A model generated the notes under the pieces. That model saw nothing but the letters and a program-made list of their open reading frames with translations, was not told the DNA's origin and did not search any database. A stretch of DNA of 63,920 nucleotides, counting the filler, from Welwitschia mirabilis (taxonomy: Eukaryota): assembly GCA_051453625.1 (NCBI GenBank). It is 4 parts of one record of this genome, joined end to end, with 100 filler letters (N's around TTAATTAATTAA, not from the genome) between each part and the next. Parts side by side here need not be neighbours in the genome. Positions count along the whole stretch, not along the records: positions 21,133 to 45,638 come from JBOZIK010000001.1; 3 more parts are not named here. One strand, 5' to 3'. Made by a program: the position numbers and the translations under genes. Each line of letters starts with the position of its first letter. Positions within the stretch are counted from its first letter, which is position 1. Below, piece after piece: positions 27,451 through 40,344 of this stretch.

Positions 27451-27940
27451 TAACATCCTGCAAATAGCAAATAATAGAAAACAAGATTAAAAATAATAGA
27501 CCATTGTCTTATCTGTTATGGAGATGATAGAAGGGATGACACATACATAAATCAGAAAAATAGAAATAGAACTGAAATCAAAATAGAAAGCAAAAAATAT
27601 AGAAAACAGGAATATCGTCTACCTGGTCATTCAGATATCATAGGAGATGACAGAAACTAATTTATTTCAAAAAAATCACAATCCAAAAATAAAACTGAGA
27701 ACAAAAATCACACATCATTATCCTATCCATCGTGAGAATGACAGAGGGGATAACCGCAAATTTTTATAGAAAACTAAAACTAAAAAAACTGAAACTGAAA
27801 TATTACACATATAAAACCTATGACTCTTAATAAAATACAACCTCGTATAGATAAATAATCAAATAGAGGTTCAATATACTCACCCGTATGATGATAATCC
27901 TTGTACTCCTTAGTAGCCTTCCCTAATAATAGGGCCAAGA

Positions 27941-29054
27941 TGTTGCAATGTGTATTTGTGCAAGTGCTTAAACTTAAAAGGATTCTGTCATTTATAAAAT
28001 AAATAAATATCTTACATAATATAACATACTAGTATGAGTGGGATTAGATCTAAAATATCGTATTCACATTAAAGACTATGAGATGAGACTTAGGTTACTT
28101 TATAAAATGGAATAAGAACCAGAAATAAATAACAATGTAAGGAAATAAAAGAATGTAATGAAGATGAAAAATGCAACTAATCTAGATGAATGCAAAATGA
28201 ACTAGCACTACTTATTTTTAGCCTTAACAAAAGATGCCCTTGATAATCTATATCACCCAAGAAATTATCACCAGATCAAGAAAACATAAAATATAAGGGT
28301 AATTAGAAAATATAACATGCAAACATAAAAATAAAATAAGTTTATATTAAGAAAGAGTAACAAGAATTTTTATTACAAAACAATTAGTTCTCAATGGAGG
28401 ATGCACAACCCTCTACCAAGTACACGTCTTTCTGCAATGCTCAAAATGGATCTCCTGCTCTTCGATCTCCTATCATGAGAATTTTTGGTGTAATGAAGAT
28501 GAAAAGGAGAGTTGTAAGGGTGGAGGGATGGGGGGCTAGGGGATGGAAAGGAAGGGAGAGAGGTTTATTTATAATAAATCATAGTAGAAAAAGAAAACAG
28601 TAGGTGCAGTTAGGTGCACTCATAAATGAAATGGATAAAATGGTCAAGGATTGTTGTCAGAGTCAGTTACATATTAGTGTCATCTTAACTGTCATCTAGA
28701 CAACATGGGGGGTGATAGCTCATTATAAAAGATGAATCAAATTGATGACTTAGTAGTGATTCAGTAGTCCACATCAGTAATATTTATCCTACCTATTGTA
28801 AGGACAACAGAGGGGACAATTATCTTATTTAATCATTTTCTTGAAGAGGACTTATCCTTTTTATTAATAATCCTTCTTCAAAGCTCTGTGCATTTGAAAA
28901 TGCCTTTAATACATTAATTTTGGATAAGAATAATACATTTCTAAGATTTACTCTTTATCTCTAAAATCCTCAGAATTACGCTTAAACTTGTATAAAAGTC
29001 CTGCAAAACAACTCATAAAACCCCATTAAGTAACCATAAATTGGCAACGTAATA
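27941..29054 (-). repeat. 5' LTR of element C
   Basis: Runs tgttgcaatg...ggcaacgtaata and aligns with 21133-21744, which lacks about 200 bp of it. Confidence 0.8.
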
Positions 29055-32000
29055 GTGTTGTTGATGGAAGGTTATATGAATATAAAATTTCTATATCATC
29101 TTCTCATTTATTTTATTATTTTTAAAATTCAGAACCTCATGGGTAGGAGGTATTTTATCCTTTCCACTTCTGATTACTATTTTCAAATCTCCTAACTTCA
29201 TTTGGGTTGGGCAATGATTGAGTGCAAGAGAACCTTGTGGTCTTTGATTGACAAGCATTGTTTGTTGAAGAACATTTACTAAGTTCTTAATATTACTATT
29301 AGTTTTCTCTTGCACCTTTCTCATTTCTTCTATGAATTCTCTAAGTGGATCATTCTGATTTTGTTAAAAACTAGGTTAAAAGTTGGAATTCTTAAATCTA
29401 CTTTCAAATGGTTTTCATTGAGATTGTCCATCCAATATTTATTGAAATTGTGATTGAATTTAAAAATTAGGTGTTCTTTGGTTGAAGGCACAAACTTCCT
29501 CATACATTTTTTCCTTAGAAGTTGGTAACAAATGGCATTATTTTGTTGGATAAGAGTCATCTTCACAAATTTCACAGTTTGAAGTTGAGTTTTTATTTTT
29601 TACTACTTTTGCATTAACTATTATTTATGCATACTTTTCTAAAGTAGTAGTATAATATTTCATCATGTTGGTTGAGTCCTCTCTTTCTATTTCTTTGTCA
29701 TATATAACTTCCTTTAAATCCTTTAAGATTTAACCTATAGTTTGATTTTCTTTAGTGGATTTAGGCCAAGTTTAGCTGATTTCTACAAGATTTCCAACAC
29801 ACTCCATGCTTTTTTTAAGACTAGATTTAACAAGTTGTATTCACAAGAAAAATCTATAAGTTGTTTATTTGGAGCATTCAATCCACTATAAAAATAATCT
29901 ACTAGCTATTCTTTATGAAATTCATCAATAAGGTTGGAATAACTAGTGATTATAAAATGTCCATAGGTTGTTGCATAATCTTTATGAGGATGTTATTGAA
30001 AGTTGGTTACTTATTTTCTTCTTTTCTTCATGGAACTTTCACTCAAAAATCATTTAATAAATACTCTTTGCACTTGACTCCAAGATTTAAGACTTTTATG
30101 TGGAATGGTTTTAGGCTAGACTTTTGCTCTTTCTTAAGTGTGACTAGAAAAATAATCATATAGATATGGTCACTAATATTTTCTTTCCATTTCCTGACAT
30201 AAGTATGTGTTATTTAATGTTGGCCAAATATTGGAAGGGATCTTCCTCTGATTGCCCTGAAAAAGTTGGATATGTACTTAAATTTCTTAATTCTATGTCT
30301 TCTCCATGAGGTAAGTAAAAAGGATTTGGAATTTTACATTTTCTATTAACAATTAAATCTTTGAACATAACATTTGCATTTGAGGAAGAAGTTCGTATTA
30401 TGATTGGAGTATTAAACAAAGTAACTTGTTTTTATTTTTGTAAAGATTTTGATACATTCAACATATTAGAAGAAGAAACAATATGATCTATTTCTATACT
30501 ATAATTTTCTTTTGTAGAATCTAATTTTAAAATAATAGAAGTAGAAAATCTTTTTTTCAATTCTGGAAATTTGCGTACCTAGGGTGTGCATACCTGGATT
30601 TAGCTCGAAGTTGAATAATCCTTCTTTGATATTTTCTTTAATTGGTTTAATTCTCTTTGATATTTTGTCTTCCTACTAGAATTCATCATGTCCCTACATG
30701 CTTAAGAAATAAATAGAAAACTAAAATTAAAAGTAAAGATAATCATCTGGCTAGTCATGGGAATGACAGAGAGGAGGATGATCATAGTAACAAAAATCTA
30801 AAGCTAAGAAAAATTATTGGTAGTAAAGAACTAGATTATCATCTAGACTATCATGGGGATGACAGATAAAATGATAGTTTATTAAAATTTGAAAAAAAGA
30901 AAAATTATGAAATGTAAAAAACATGTAGACTGTCATCTAGAATATTATGGGAATGACTGAGGGGATGACAGTAATGCTACTATCAAACTACAAATAGAAG
31001 AAAAATGGCAAAACCAAAAATAAATTTCAAAATTTTAGAACTATCATGTCCTATGTTATGGGGATAACAAAGAGAACGATAGGGTTTCTAGAAAATTATA
31101 GAAAATAAAATTTTACAAAAATAACCTACTTTAAACTTACATTAAAAATACAACATTAATTCAAATAAATAACTTGAACAAAAAGTTCAAGTTACTTATC
31201 TAGATAATGATCATTCCCTAGCTCCTTATGGCCTTCCCCGACAATGATACCAAAATGTTACAGTTGAATTTTTGAAATCCTAAAGTCCTTTAGATAAACT
31301 TAGAAATTAAATAACTTATAAAAAAACACACTCTAATATAGGTGGAAGTTCATCCAAATGTCATAATCCCAATAAAGGCACTAGGCTTAAAGTTAGAGAG
31401 TTGATTTTCAAAGGTATTTTTATTCTTTTATCTTTTAATAACTAAAAGTAAACATTAAAGTAAATGCAATGCAATGTAAATGGATATAAAATGCAAATGC
31501 AAATGGAATGAGTTTTATTTGATTTTTAATTCTTCTATCACAAGAACTAGCTCTCTATAATTTATATTAATTAAGAAGATTTCTTAACTTATTCCTAACC
31601 AATATGAATTATGAGATATACTAAGTAGAATAAGGAATGCAATGTAAAATGGAAATGGAATAATAATGCAATCTAATACTAACCAAAGTCAATCTTAACA
31701 AGGATTGCCATTATGATCTAGATAAATCATAGAGTTATCACTTTAAACTATAATCAATGTAAACTATAAGGGACATACACAAAATTGAAATGAAAATAGC
31801 AATTGTATTGATTCAAAGAGTAATTAGATTAATTCAATAACTTTATATCTACTTATGATAGAATAATAGCATCTTAATGGAATAGACTCAGCCTAACACC
31901 AAGGAAACTCCTTTCTATAGCTCTGGATAGACCTCTTATCCTTTAATCTTTTGTTACAAGCATATCAATTATAAAAGATGAATTGGAAGTAAGGACAAGA

Positions 32001-33452
32001 GAGATATTTATAGTTTTACATTAGAAGTTATATAAACACAATCCTAAAAGTTAGAGAAGAAACCCTAGTAGTCCAAGTGAGTCGCATGACTCCATTACAA
32101 GATAATTCAGCCCTGCTTATATAAAACAGTTATCATCCTGACTATCATGGGAGTAACACTAGGGATGAAACCCCGTAACAACAAATAATTCTATAATTTT
32201 TGGCTCTACAATTAGTCACGTAATTAGCTCCACTTTTGTTGTCTTCTGTGATGTCATGGAAATGACAATGGGGATGACACCTTCATAGAAAAGTTTACTT
32301 CATTGACTCTAACCTCCATTCCATGTTACTGTTTTAATAGGAAAGAATAGTGTTGTTGTCCCCTCTATTATGAGGATCACAATGGAAACAATACCATTCC
32401 ATAGCTCCTCATGTAAAGAAAATTAGCCTTCTTCATCACTAATCTTCCTTTAACATGCCAAGTACCAGACATGCCTAAAATGTCTCCAATTATGCCAAGA
32501 ATTATGTGTTTCCATGATCATCCTATTCACTATCGATAATTAGCAAAATTATATACAAAACTATATAAATGTCTTGAAAAAGCACTCCANNNNNNNNNNN
32601 NNNNNNNNNNNNNNNNNNNNNNNNNNNNNNNNNNNNNNNNNNNNNNNNNNNNNNNNNNNNNNNNNNNNNNNNNNNNNNNNNNNNNNNNNAACTATAAGGG
32701 ACATACACAAAATTGAAATGAAAATAGCAATTGTATTGATTCAAAGAGTAATTAGATTAATTCAAGAACCTTTATATCCACTTACAATAGAATAATAACA
32801 CTTCAATAGAAGATACTTAGCCTAACACCAAGGAAACTCCTTTCTGTAGCTACTGGATGGATCTCTTGTCCTTCAATCTTTTATCACAAGCATATCTGGT
32901 ACAAAAGATAGAAATAGAAATAAAGAAGAGGAATGGTATTTATAGTTTTACATTAAGGTATTAGAAAATCATCCCTAGAATTTAGAAAAGAAACCTTAGT
33001 ATTACAAGTGAGTCATTTGATCCCATTACAAAGACAATTCTTTCCAACCATAGAAAAACTGTTGTCATCTCTCCTATCGTGGGGACGACATGGGGGATGT
33101 CACCCTATGCCAAAAGATACTTTATCATCTTCATGTTTCATTATCATCCCCACAACTTTTATCCATGTTAGCAGTGCTATCATCTTGCCTATCATTGAGA
33201 TGATAGAGGGGACAACAATCCTCCTTATCTTTAATCTCAAATGTAAATTAGTCTTTTGCATGATGAATTCTTCTTTCAAGTATGCAATGTTAGAATAAGC
33301 CTAAGAAACCTCCAAATATGCTAAAAATCACATGTTTTATTATTCATCCTATTAGATCTCCATAATCATCAGTAGAGCATCCAAACCTATGTAAATGTTC
33401 TCCAAAATCACTCAAAATACACATCAAATTCCTATGAATTAGCATCGCAATA
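29055..33452 (-). mobile_element. 5' part of Athila-like element D (LTR, PBS, gag), cut at the element C boundary
   Basis: PBS 31234-31252 (TGGTATCATTGTCGGGGAA). LTR from 31256 to the gap at 32590, plus a related partial LTR at 32690-33452. gag ORFs at 30210-30419 (YPTFSGQSEEDPFQYL), 29330-29575 and 29091-29324. Confidence 0.8.
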
Positions 33453-36400
33453 GTGATAGAGATTTAAATCAGATTGACATTTGCCATGATAAAAACTTTT
33501 CTTTAATGGTTTTTACTTCCACTCATTCTTCATGTATGTCTTTCTTAGATTATTACCTTAATATATCCAAACCTTATGAGAATGAAATAAAAATTACTCT
33601 AAATCTTTCAAGCTTGAATTATAAGCATGAAAACATAAGTGAATAAGATGAGAAAGATTAGTTTACTAATTGTAATAAAAGATAATAAGATACAAATATT
33701 AATTAATAAAAGAAGAAGAAGGAAATGATAGCTTACTTAAATAATCCTATAAGGAATTACATCAAGAAAATAAAAAGATCTTAAAAGAAAATCTTCTTCT
33801 TAAGTAAACTATTGAGGAGATAGAAGAGAAAATAAATCTACCTCACATTATCTTGATCTAGTAAATAAGAAGGCAGCTGATAGAATTTAGTGATTTAAAA
33901 AAGATGTTAACCATCTTTAAGGGCTCATCAAAGAAAACAAAGAGGGACATAAGTGTATATTAAATAAAATTAGTAAATTAAACTATATTATTTTAAAGTT
34001 TTCCATAGGAAACAACATTATGAAGAAAATGCTCTTAAAGTAAGGATCTTTAGATAAAAGTGGTGTTGGGAACTTACCTTCATTTATTTTTATGCATGAA
34101 TTATCCAACAAGTTGGCTTTATTTTCCAATGGTAATAGCTCTTTTCAAAAAAACATCAAAATAAGATAATGTCCAACCTTACTCTTGGTATTTTTAATAT
34201 GGTAAAAATAATAAAAGACATTTTATATTTAATTTTCGCAATAGATTTGATCATAATAAATTATCCTGTAAATATAGAAATTACTTTTAAATGTTTGGTA
34301 CTATAGAAGGCTTTCATGCTATTCTTAAAAATAGTATTTTAATTGTAGATGAAGTAATGGTAGAGATCATGTCTCCTGGTAATATTTTCTTGTATATATG
34401 ATTTATCATTTTTATACAATTATAATTTTAGCTTATTTTTTAAAACTTCCTTTAGCATATTTTTTGAATGGAATGTTTTTTAAGCACTGGTATAATCTAA
34501 AGAAAGGGAGATATTGGACTTAGACTTATATGATGTTTAAATTTCCTTTTAATTCAAATCTGCTTGATTTTCTAAAAATTTCACTTTGTTAGTAGATATA
34601 ATGTTATACATTTTATGGTATAATGTACCCTTTATTATTAATAATGTTTATGAGTATGCTCTTTTTACTCTTGTACATTATCTTCATAGCTAATATCATG
34701 TAAAAAAGGTAAATGTTTAAACTCATCTGAGTACTTTTGTTTAAGAAATTTACATCTCACATTGGAAAATATATTGTTCTTAATTAGATATTATCAATAT
34801 TTCCTTTTCTCTTAACCATTTTTGTAAATTGTATTCCCTAGCATTGAGCACTTACACATTTTAGATATCTCTAGATTTAATTTTCTAGGATGTCTACTAT
34901 TTCTACTACATTTTTATAGAACATTCACACATTAAGGGGAAGCTATTTTTAAGCTTATAATTGTGGTACTAGTCTATACGATTATTTCTTAATTGTATCA
35001 TATTATGTATGTCAATTTGTATCATAATGTGTTATATAAAAATTGGTATCATATTTTCTTCAATATAGTATTATACACTTATACTAATTATTTATTATAA
35101 TGTATATTTTATTACCACTATTATTGCTTGCACCTCTTATCTAGTCCTTGATGATAAAGGAGGAGAGAAAGATTAAGATATTGAAATTTTCAAGATGATA
35201 AATGTCTTTACATGATATATAAGATATTATGCTCTGTCAGTGATGAGGATAAATAGGTAGGTTTAAAAGGAGCATAAACTTAGGAAGAACATCAAAGAAA
35301 ATTTAGTTATCACTAATGATAAAGAAAAAGATTATTGCATCTTCTAATTCCGAGTTGATGATAAAATAAGTTTTAAATAAATTAATTATAATATTTATAT
35401 TATTTATGTAGTTTTTAAAAAACATTTGGATGCTTAAGCACATAAAGAAGAAGGAGAAAAGAAAGAAAAATCACCTAAACTATTGACTATTTATTAGTTG
35501 GGGGTCAATCACCTATTATAGCTACAAGTGCAAATTTTTAATAAGGGATTTACTGCTTACTATTGAGGGGTCGATTTCCCACTATAGCTAAAAATTGAAG
35601 TTTTAATAGGGGTCAACTACCTTTTATTAGACTTTTGACCACTCACTGGAGCTAAAAATGAAATTTTCAACAGAGGATTAACTATCTATTATTAGGGGTC
35701 AATCACTTAAAGACTTTTATAATAATTTATATTCATGATGAGATTGATTGATTAAAAAATGGTAATAGTAATAATAACAATAAAAACAACCATAGTGGCT
35801 ATATCTAAAAAGATGTAAGTCTAAATATCAAAATAAAAAAATTTAAAAAATATATCATAAAAGTTTTTTCTAGAATAATTAGTAATTCATGAGCAACCCC
35901 TATAGTGTAATGGGCAGTTTGTACAAGGCACGAGAACAAATTTATTAATGTATGATTAATAATTTATCACTAGGAATTTTAACTAGATAAGGGATTAACT
36001 AACATTAAGAAAGAGGTCAATCACCTCACATATAGTTGTAAGTAAAAATATTCCTTAGGAAACACATAACCATTGGAGAAAAGAATTAGATGGCTAACTA
36101 ACTATTTTGAGGGTCTTAATAGTCATATACCTTGGAATCATAATGTATAACTAAAATGCATCCTTTATATAATCCAAAGATGATTATAGTTATTTATGGT
36201 AATTTTATCTCTTATTATTGGGACTAATTATGTAATAAAACATGTTCTATTTTTTTCTATTATTCTTTCTGAACTCTACATTATTCCTTATCGTAATTAA
36301 AGATATTGAGCTTGCTTAAAGGCTAATAACTATTGTAAAATCCTATTATAATATGGAGGATTACCATAAATTCTTGTTGGAGTGTAGTTAGAGGCTATAC

Positions 36401-36653
36401 TAGCAATAAAGAAAAACAAGCTTATTTACATTACATTATGTCTATATCTTTTTATTATTTAGTTAATTTCATGTGCTTAATTGTTGTATTTATTATTAAT
36501 TGTATGAACTATCATCAAAGTTAATTTGGCAGTAATTATTATTTAATTAGATGATAGATAACATTGTGCAGACATAGTATTAGATAATTAGATTACAAAA
36601 ACAAATTTAGTTATTGTATTCAAATCTCACCTTTATAATAGCCAATCTTAACA
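33453..36653 (+). mobile_element. Highly degenerate Sirevirus-like remnant (gag C-terminus plus 3' LTR)
   Basis: Coiled-coil-like YKELHQENK..KFSIGNNIMKKMLLK*GSLDKSGVG (33745-34070) resembles the gag tail at 46120-46200. Also a purine tract near 35155, repeated GGGGTCAATCACC-like motifs (35500-35710) and an end tattcaaatctcacct..aaca. Confidence 0.45.
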
Positions 36654-39600
36654 AGTCTAAGTTAAAAGTCCTTAAAAAGACAATGATGCTAATAGGAGTT
36701 AATGATGACATTGGTTAAGTTACAAATCTTGGGGTCATTTTTATTTTATAGGACCTATGGTAGATTACAAGTTCACTTAGATGATTATTGAACTGATCTA
36801 AATTTGCCAAAAATTATGAAATTTTTAAAATCCTAATTCTAATCCTAATTTTTAGGCAATAAATGGGGAAATGTATTTCATTTTTAGATAATAAAGATCA
36901 AACTATTGGAATTAAAATAAGCCTTGAACATGTTTTGCTTTTAAGTTATCTTCTTTAGGAATGGATTAGTTATTAAGACTAGCATGACATATTAATTCTT
37001 GGCTTGAGTCTTTTATTTATGTGTATTTTTACCTATTGTTGTAATAAAGTGTTGAAATTTCTTGAATCTAGTTTTTTGATTTTAAGTGTGCATGTTTTCC
37101 ATATTTGTAATACTTGATTTAATTCGAAATATATTAAGATTTTCTTTATTTTTGAGTAATTATTCATGTGATTATCTTAGTCCATAGTTTACTAATATTT
37201 GATGTTCTTTGGAATGATTTCCTATTTTTCATGCTTATGAAGTAAGCTATAAGAGTTAAGTTGACTTAAAGTCTTTGCCAACCCTTATATGATAAATGAG
37301 ATTATGTCATCATGCTAGATCTAGAATAAATGCTTGACATGATTTCTCTAAATTAACACAGAAAAAGTCTATTATTATTAACATTCATGCCAATTTTATT
37401 AGGATCATGCTAGATGTTTAAAGTTATGCCTCTTTTCTATCTCAATATATAGATCCACAACATTCTTTTGCAATATTAAATCTATCTATGACAGTTATGA
37501 AAATAGATTCTTACACACTTTACTGTTTTATCTACTGCATATCGGACTATACTACAAATAAACGTTCTAGTTTTATATGGTAAAAGTTAGATTTGGTTAT
37601 ACAAGATTTTTATCCATTGGGTAATCTTGCTTAAACTCATAATATATATAGTGATATAAGCATAGCTAAATTAATCACGAATAGCCTTTTAGCATCATTA
37701 TTAAGAATATATGACATGGTAGTTATAGTAGGGCATGCACAAATACTTCCATTTCTACTCTTTTCATTTATACTTTTTTTCTTTATTTTTAATTATATTG
37801 GTCTTTTTTATTTCCTTTTTCTTTTTATTTACTACAATTTGCATCTAGTGCTCTTTTCTTTTTTCTTTCAATTTTCTTTTCCCCACTTTTCAGTTATTTT
37901 GGTCTACTACTAATGTTTTTTCTTATTTTTTTTCATTGAATGGTAGTAGTCTTTTTTCATTGGAATCCAAATAGACCCTTTTTACATTTTTTCTATAATT
38001 TTTCTTTGATTTAATATAATTTTTTTAATTTACTACAAGTTTTTCAAGAATAAGCTATTAAAATCACTATATCAAGTTTTCCATATGGGACTAATTAAAT
38101 TTGTAGAGGTTTTTGAAAAGAATTTTTTTCTTTTTCTTTTATTTCTTTCCCTTTTCTTATTCCCCCACTTTTTCTTAGGTTTTCTTAAGATGTTGAATAA
38201 AAAACCAAAAAAAATTATTTTGTAGGATTTTCTTTTTCTTGCTACATTTTAATTTTTTTAATTTCCATTTTTGCATTTTTGCATTAAGAAGTCTTAGATT
38301 TATCATTTTCATCATTTTCAACATTGTACTATATTCTAGGGTTTTTATTTTATAGCGTTGCATATCTTTCACCTTATTATGTTTTTGCTTTCACTAATCA
38401 CTTCATCTTTTCGTTCTAGTTAAGTCATAAATCATAATATTTTCCTTACCCTTTCTTATGTTTTCACAAAGCCAATTCCAAAACCATCTCTCACTAATGC
38501 GATTATCCTTTTCTTAAGTTTAAATGTCAAATTTCATCAAATATTATTTTAGACCTTTCTAAAATATTTCTCAGTTTGATGAGTTTTAATTTATGAAGAG
38601 TTTACATGAATTGGTAATAGAGGTCTGATAAAAGATTACGCTAAACCCATCTTAATTCTAACATGAATCTGATTTAGATCATGTAGGAAAACATTTATGA
38701 GAAGCCATTCGTGAGAAAGATATAATCAAAAAAATATGAATTAAAATAAATAGTTCCATTTCCAATCCAACTTTCCTAGAAATAATTCCAAGATTTACTC
38801 ACTTAGGAAAATCCTAAAAGATTACTTTAGCTTCAATGCTTAGGAATCTTCTTTTGTATAGTTTAGCTTTTAAATGCTGAATAAAATTTAAACTTAATTT
38901 CATTTAATTATAATTACACTATCATAATTTAAAGTTTAAGGATTCATATCTACATCTTAATAAATTCGAGTATATTATTTCCAAGATAGTAAAACTTTTA
39001 ATATGATTAAATGCCTTTTTAAAACTATAGCTACTCATATGAGTAATAAGAGAAATCTACCCCTTATGTTTAGTCTTATACTTTCTTCATAATGTCATCT
39101 CTTAAAACTTTAGATGTGATGATTAAAATAGATCCTCCATAAAAACTAGTGCTCCCTAATGAATCATGAATTTTCAATAAAATAAGATATTAATAATCAT
39201 AATTTTACATTACTTTTCAAACTATAATACTAAACTTAGAGTTATTTTTGTACATTTTAAGTGACAAGGGCCTCAAACACTTAATACGCTTAAAGTAATG
39301 CATTATGATTTAGTTTAAGGATATTTATGATGATCATGATTAGAAGGTTAAGATTAAGGGCAAAAATCTAGAGCATGGGGGAGTATTTAACCTATCATCT
39401 TTATAGATGCCTCATAGTATCCTTTCCATCAATATATCTTATCCACTTACTTATTTAATAATTTTAACTCATTATAACATTATATATACAATAACAGATG
39501 GCATCAAAGCATTTTAGAACAATAGTACCTTGAAAACTTGCATTCTGGGAGCTATAACTTGTACGTTTCTAGTCATTTTTAAGTTAAATGTTATGTTTTC

Positions 39601-40344
39601 ATATAAGGTAAATCATAGGAGATATAATTCAGTCATTCTATTTTTTGAAATCTTGGATAGTTATTTTTCAAACTATTTGTGGTAATTCATAACCAATTCT
39701 ATGAGTAAAACAATACTATAATGCCATTTGAAAGATTTCCTAGTTAAGCAGGAATCACATGTGTAAAGATAATGGTTATGAAAACTCCTCAACCTAAAAA
39801 TAATCGAAGTGTAGCTCTAAAAACTTCCTTGAATTTTCAAACTCATCTCATAATGTTAATATATGAAATTTATGCCATTTTGATAGTTTTAAGTTAAATT
39901 AAAGCCTTTCTAAAAAATTAGAATAATATTTTCTATTACTTTTCTCTCTTATTTTTTCATTTTTAAGTTAATATTCTATCAATATTAGTTTGGAATCCTG
40001 ATACACTCTCCATTATCATTTTTTGCTATTATATGAATCCATTTTCAATGTTATATATTCTATTAAATTTCATTTTTCATCACTTTTTCTCTTCTTGTCT
40101 TCCATTTAAAGGGCATTGTAGGAATGGTAAAGTGCATGGAATGGATTGTATAGGAGAAGGATAAGGTATTAGATCTTATAATCATTTAGATTGAATACTA
40201 ATAAAAGGGGCTATGATTTTATCTAAAACTAATAATTATTCTTTTCTTTACGATTCTATGATTTTATGTACTTGTTTTATGAATTCTCATCATGCTTTTC
40301 TTTTAATTTGACTAGACTTCTTAGAGCATGTTATAAAGTTAGTA
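36654..40344. mobile_element. Unresolved very old LTR-element non-coding relics; probable PPT/LTR start at about 39377-39384 (+)
   Basis: No coding motifs recognised. gattaagggcaaaaatctagagcatgggggag resembles a gypsy 3' end. The sequence appears to resume after 56123. Confidence 0.3.

Larger units (their letters stand above)
21133..29054 (-). mobile_element. Non-autonomous Athila-like element C (gag-protease only; PBS, PPT and both LTRs present)
   Basis: 5' LTR 27941-29054, PBS 27919-27937, gag/PR about 24600-27450, PPT 21745-21758 (minus TAAGTTGGGGGTTA). The 3' LTR (21133-21744) is cut by the linker and clearly matches 28237-29054. No RT/RH/INT motifs found. Confidence 0.8.

Noticed and set aside
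37716-38372. Hydrophobic or Lys-rich short ORFs (also 56084-56513, 26912-27112)
   Set aside because: They are products of T-rich/A-rich low-complexity non-coding DNA with no family motifs.
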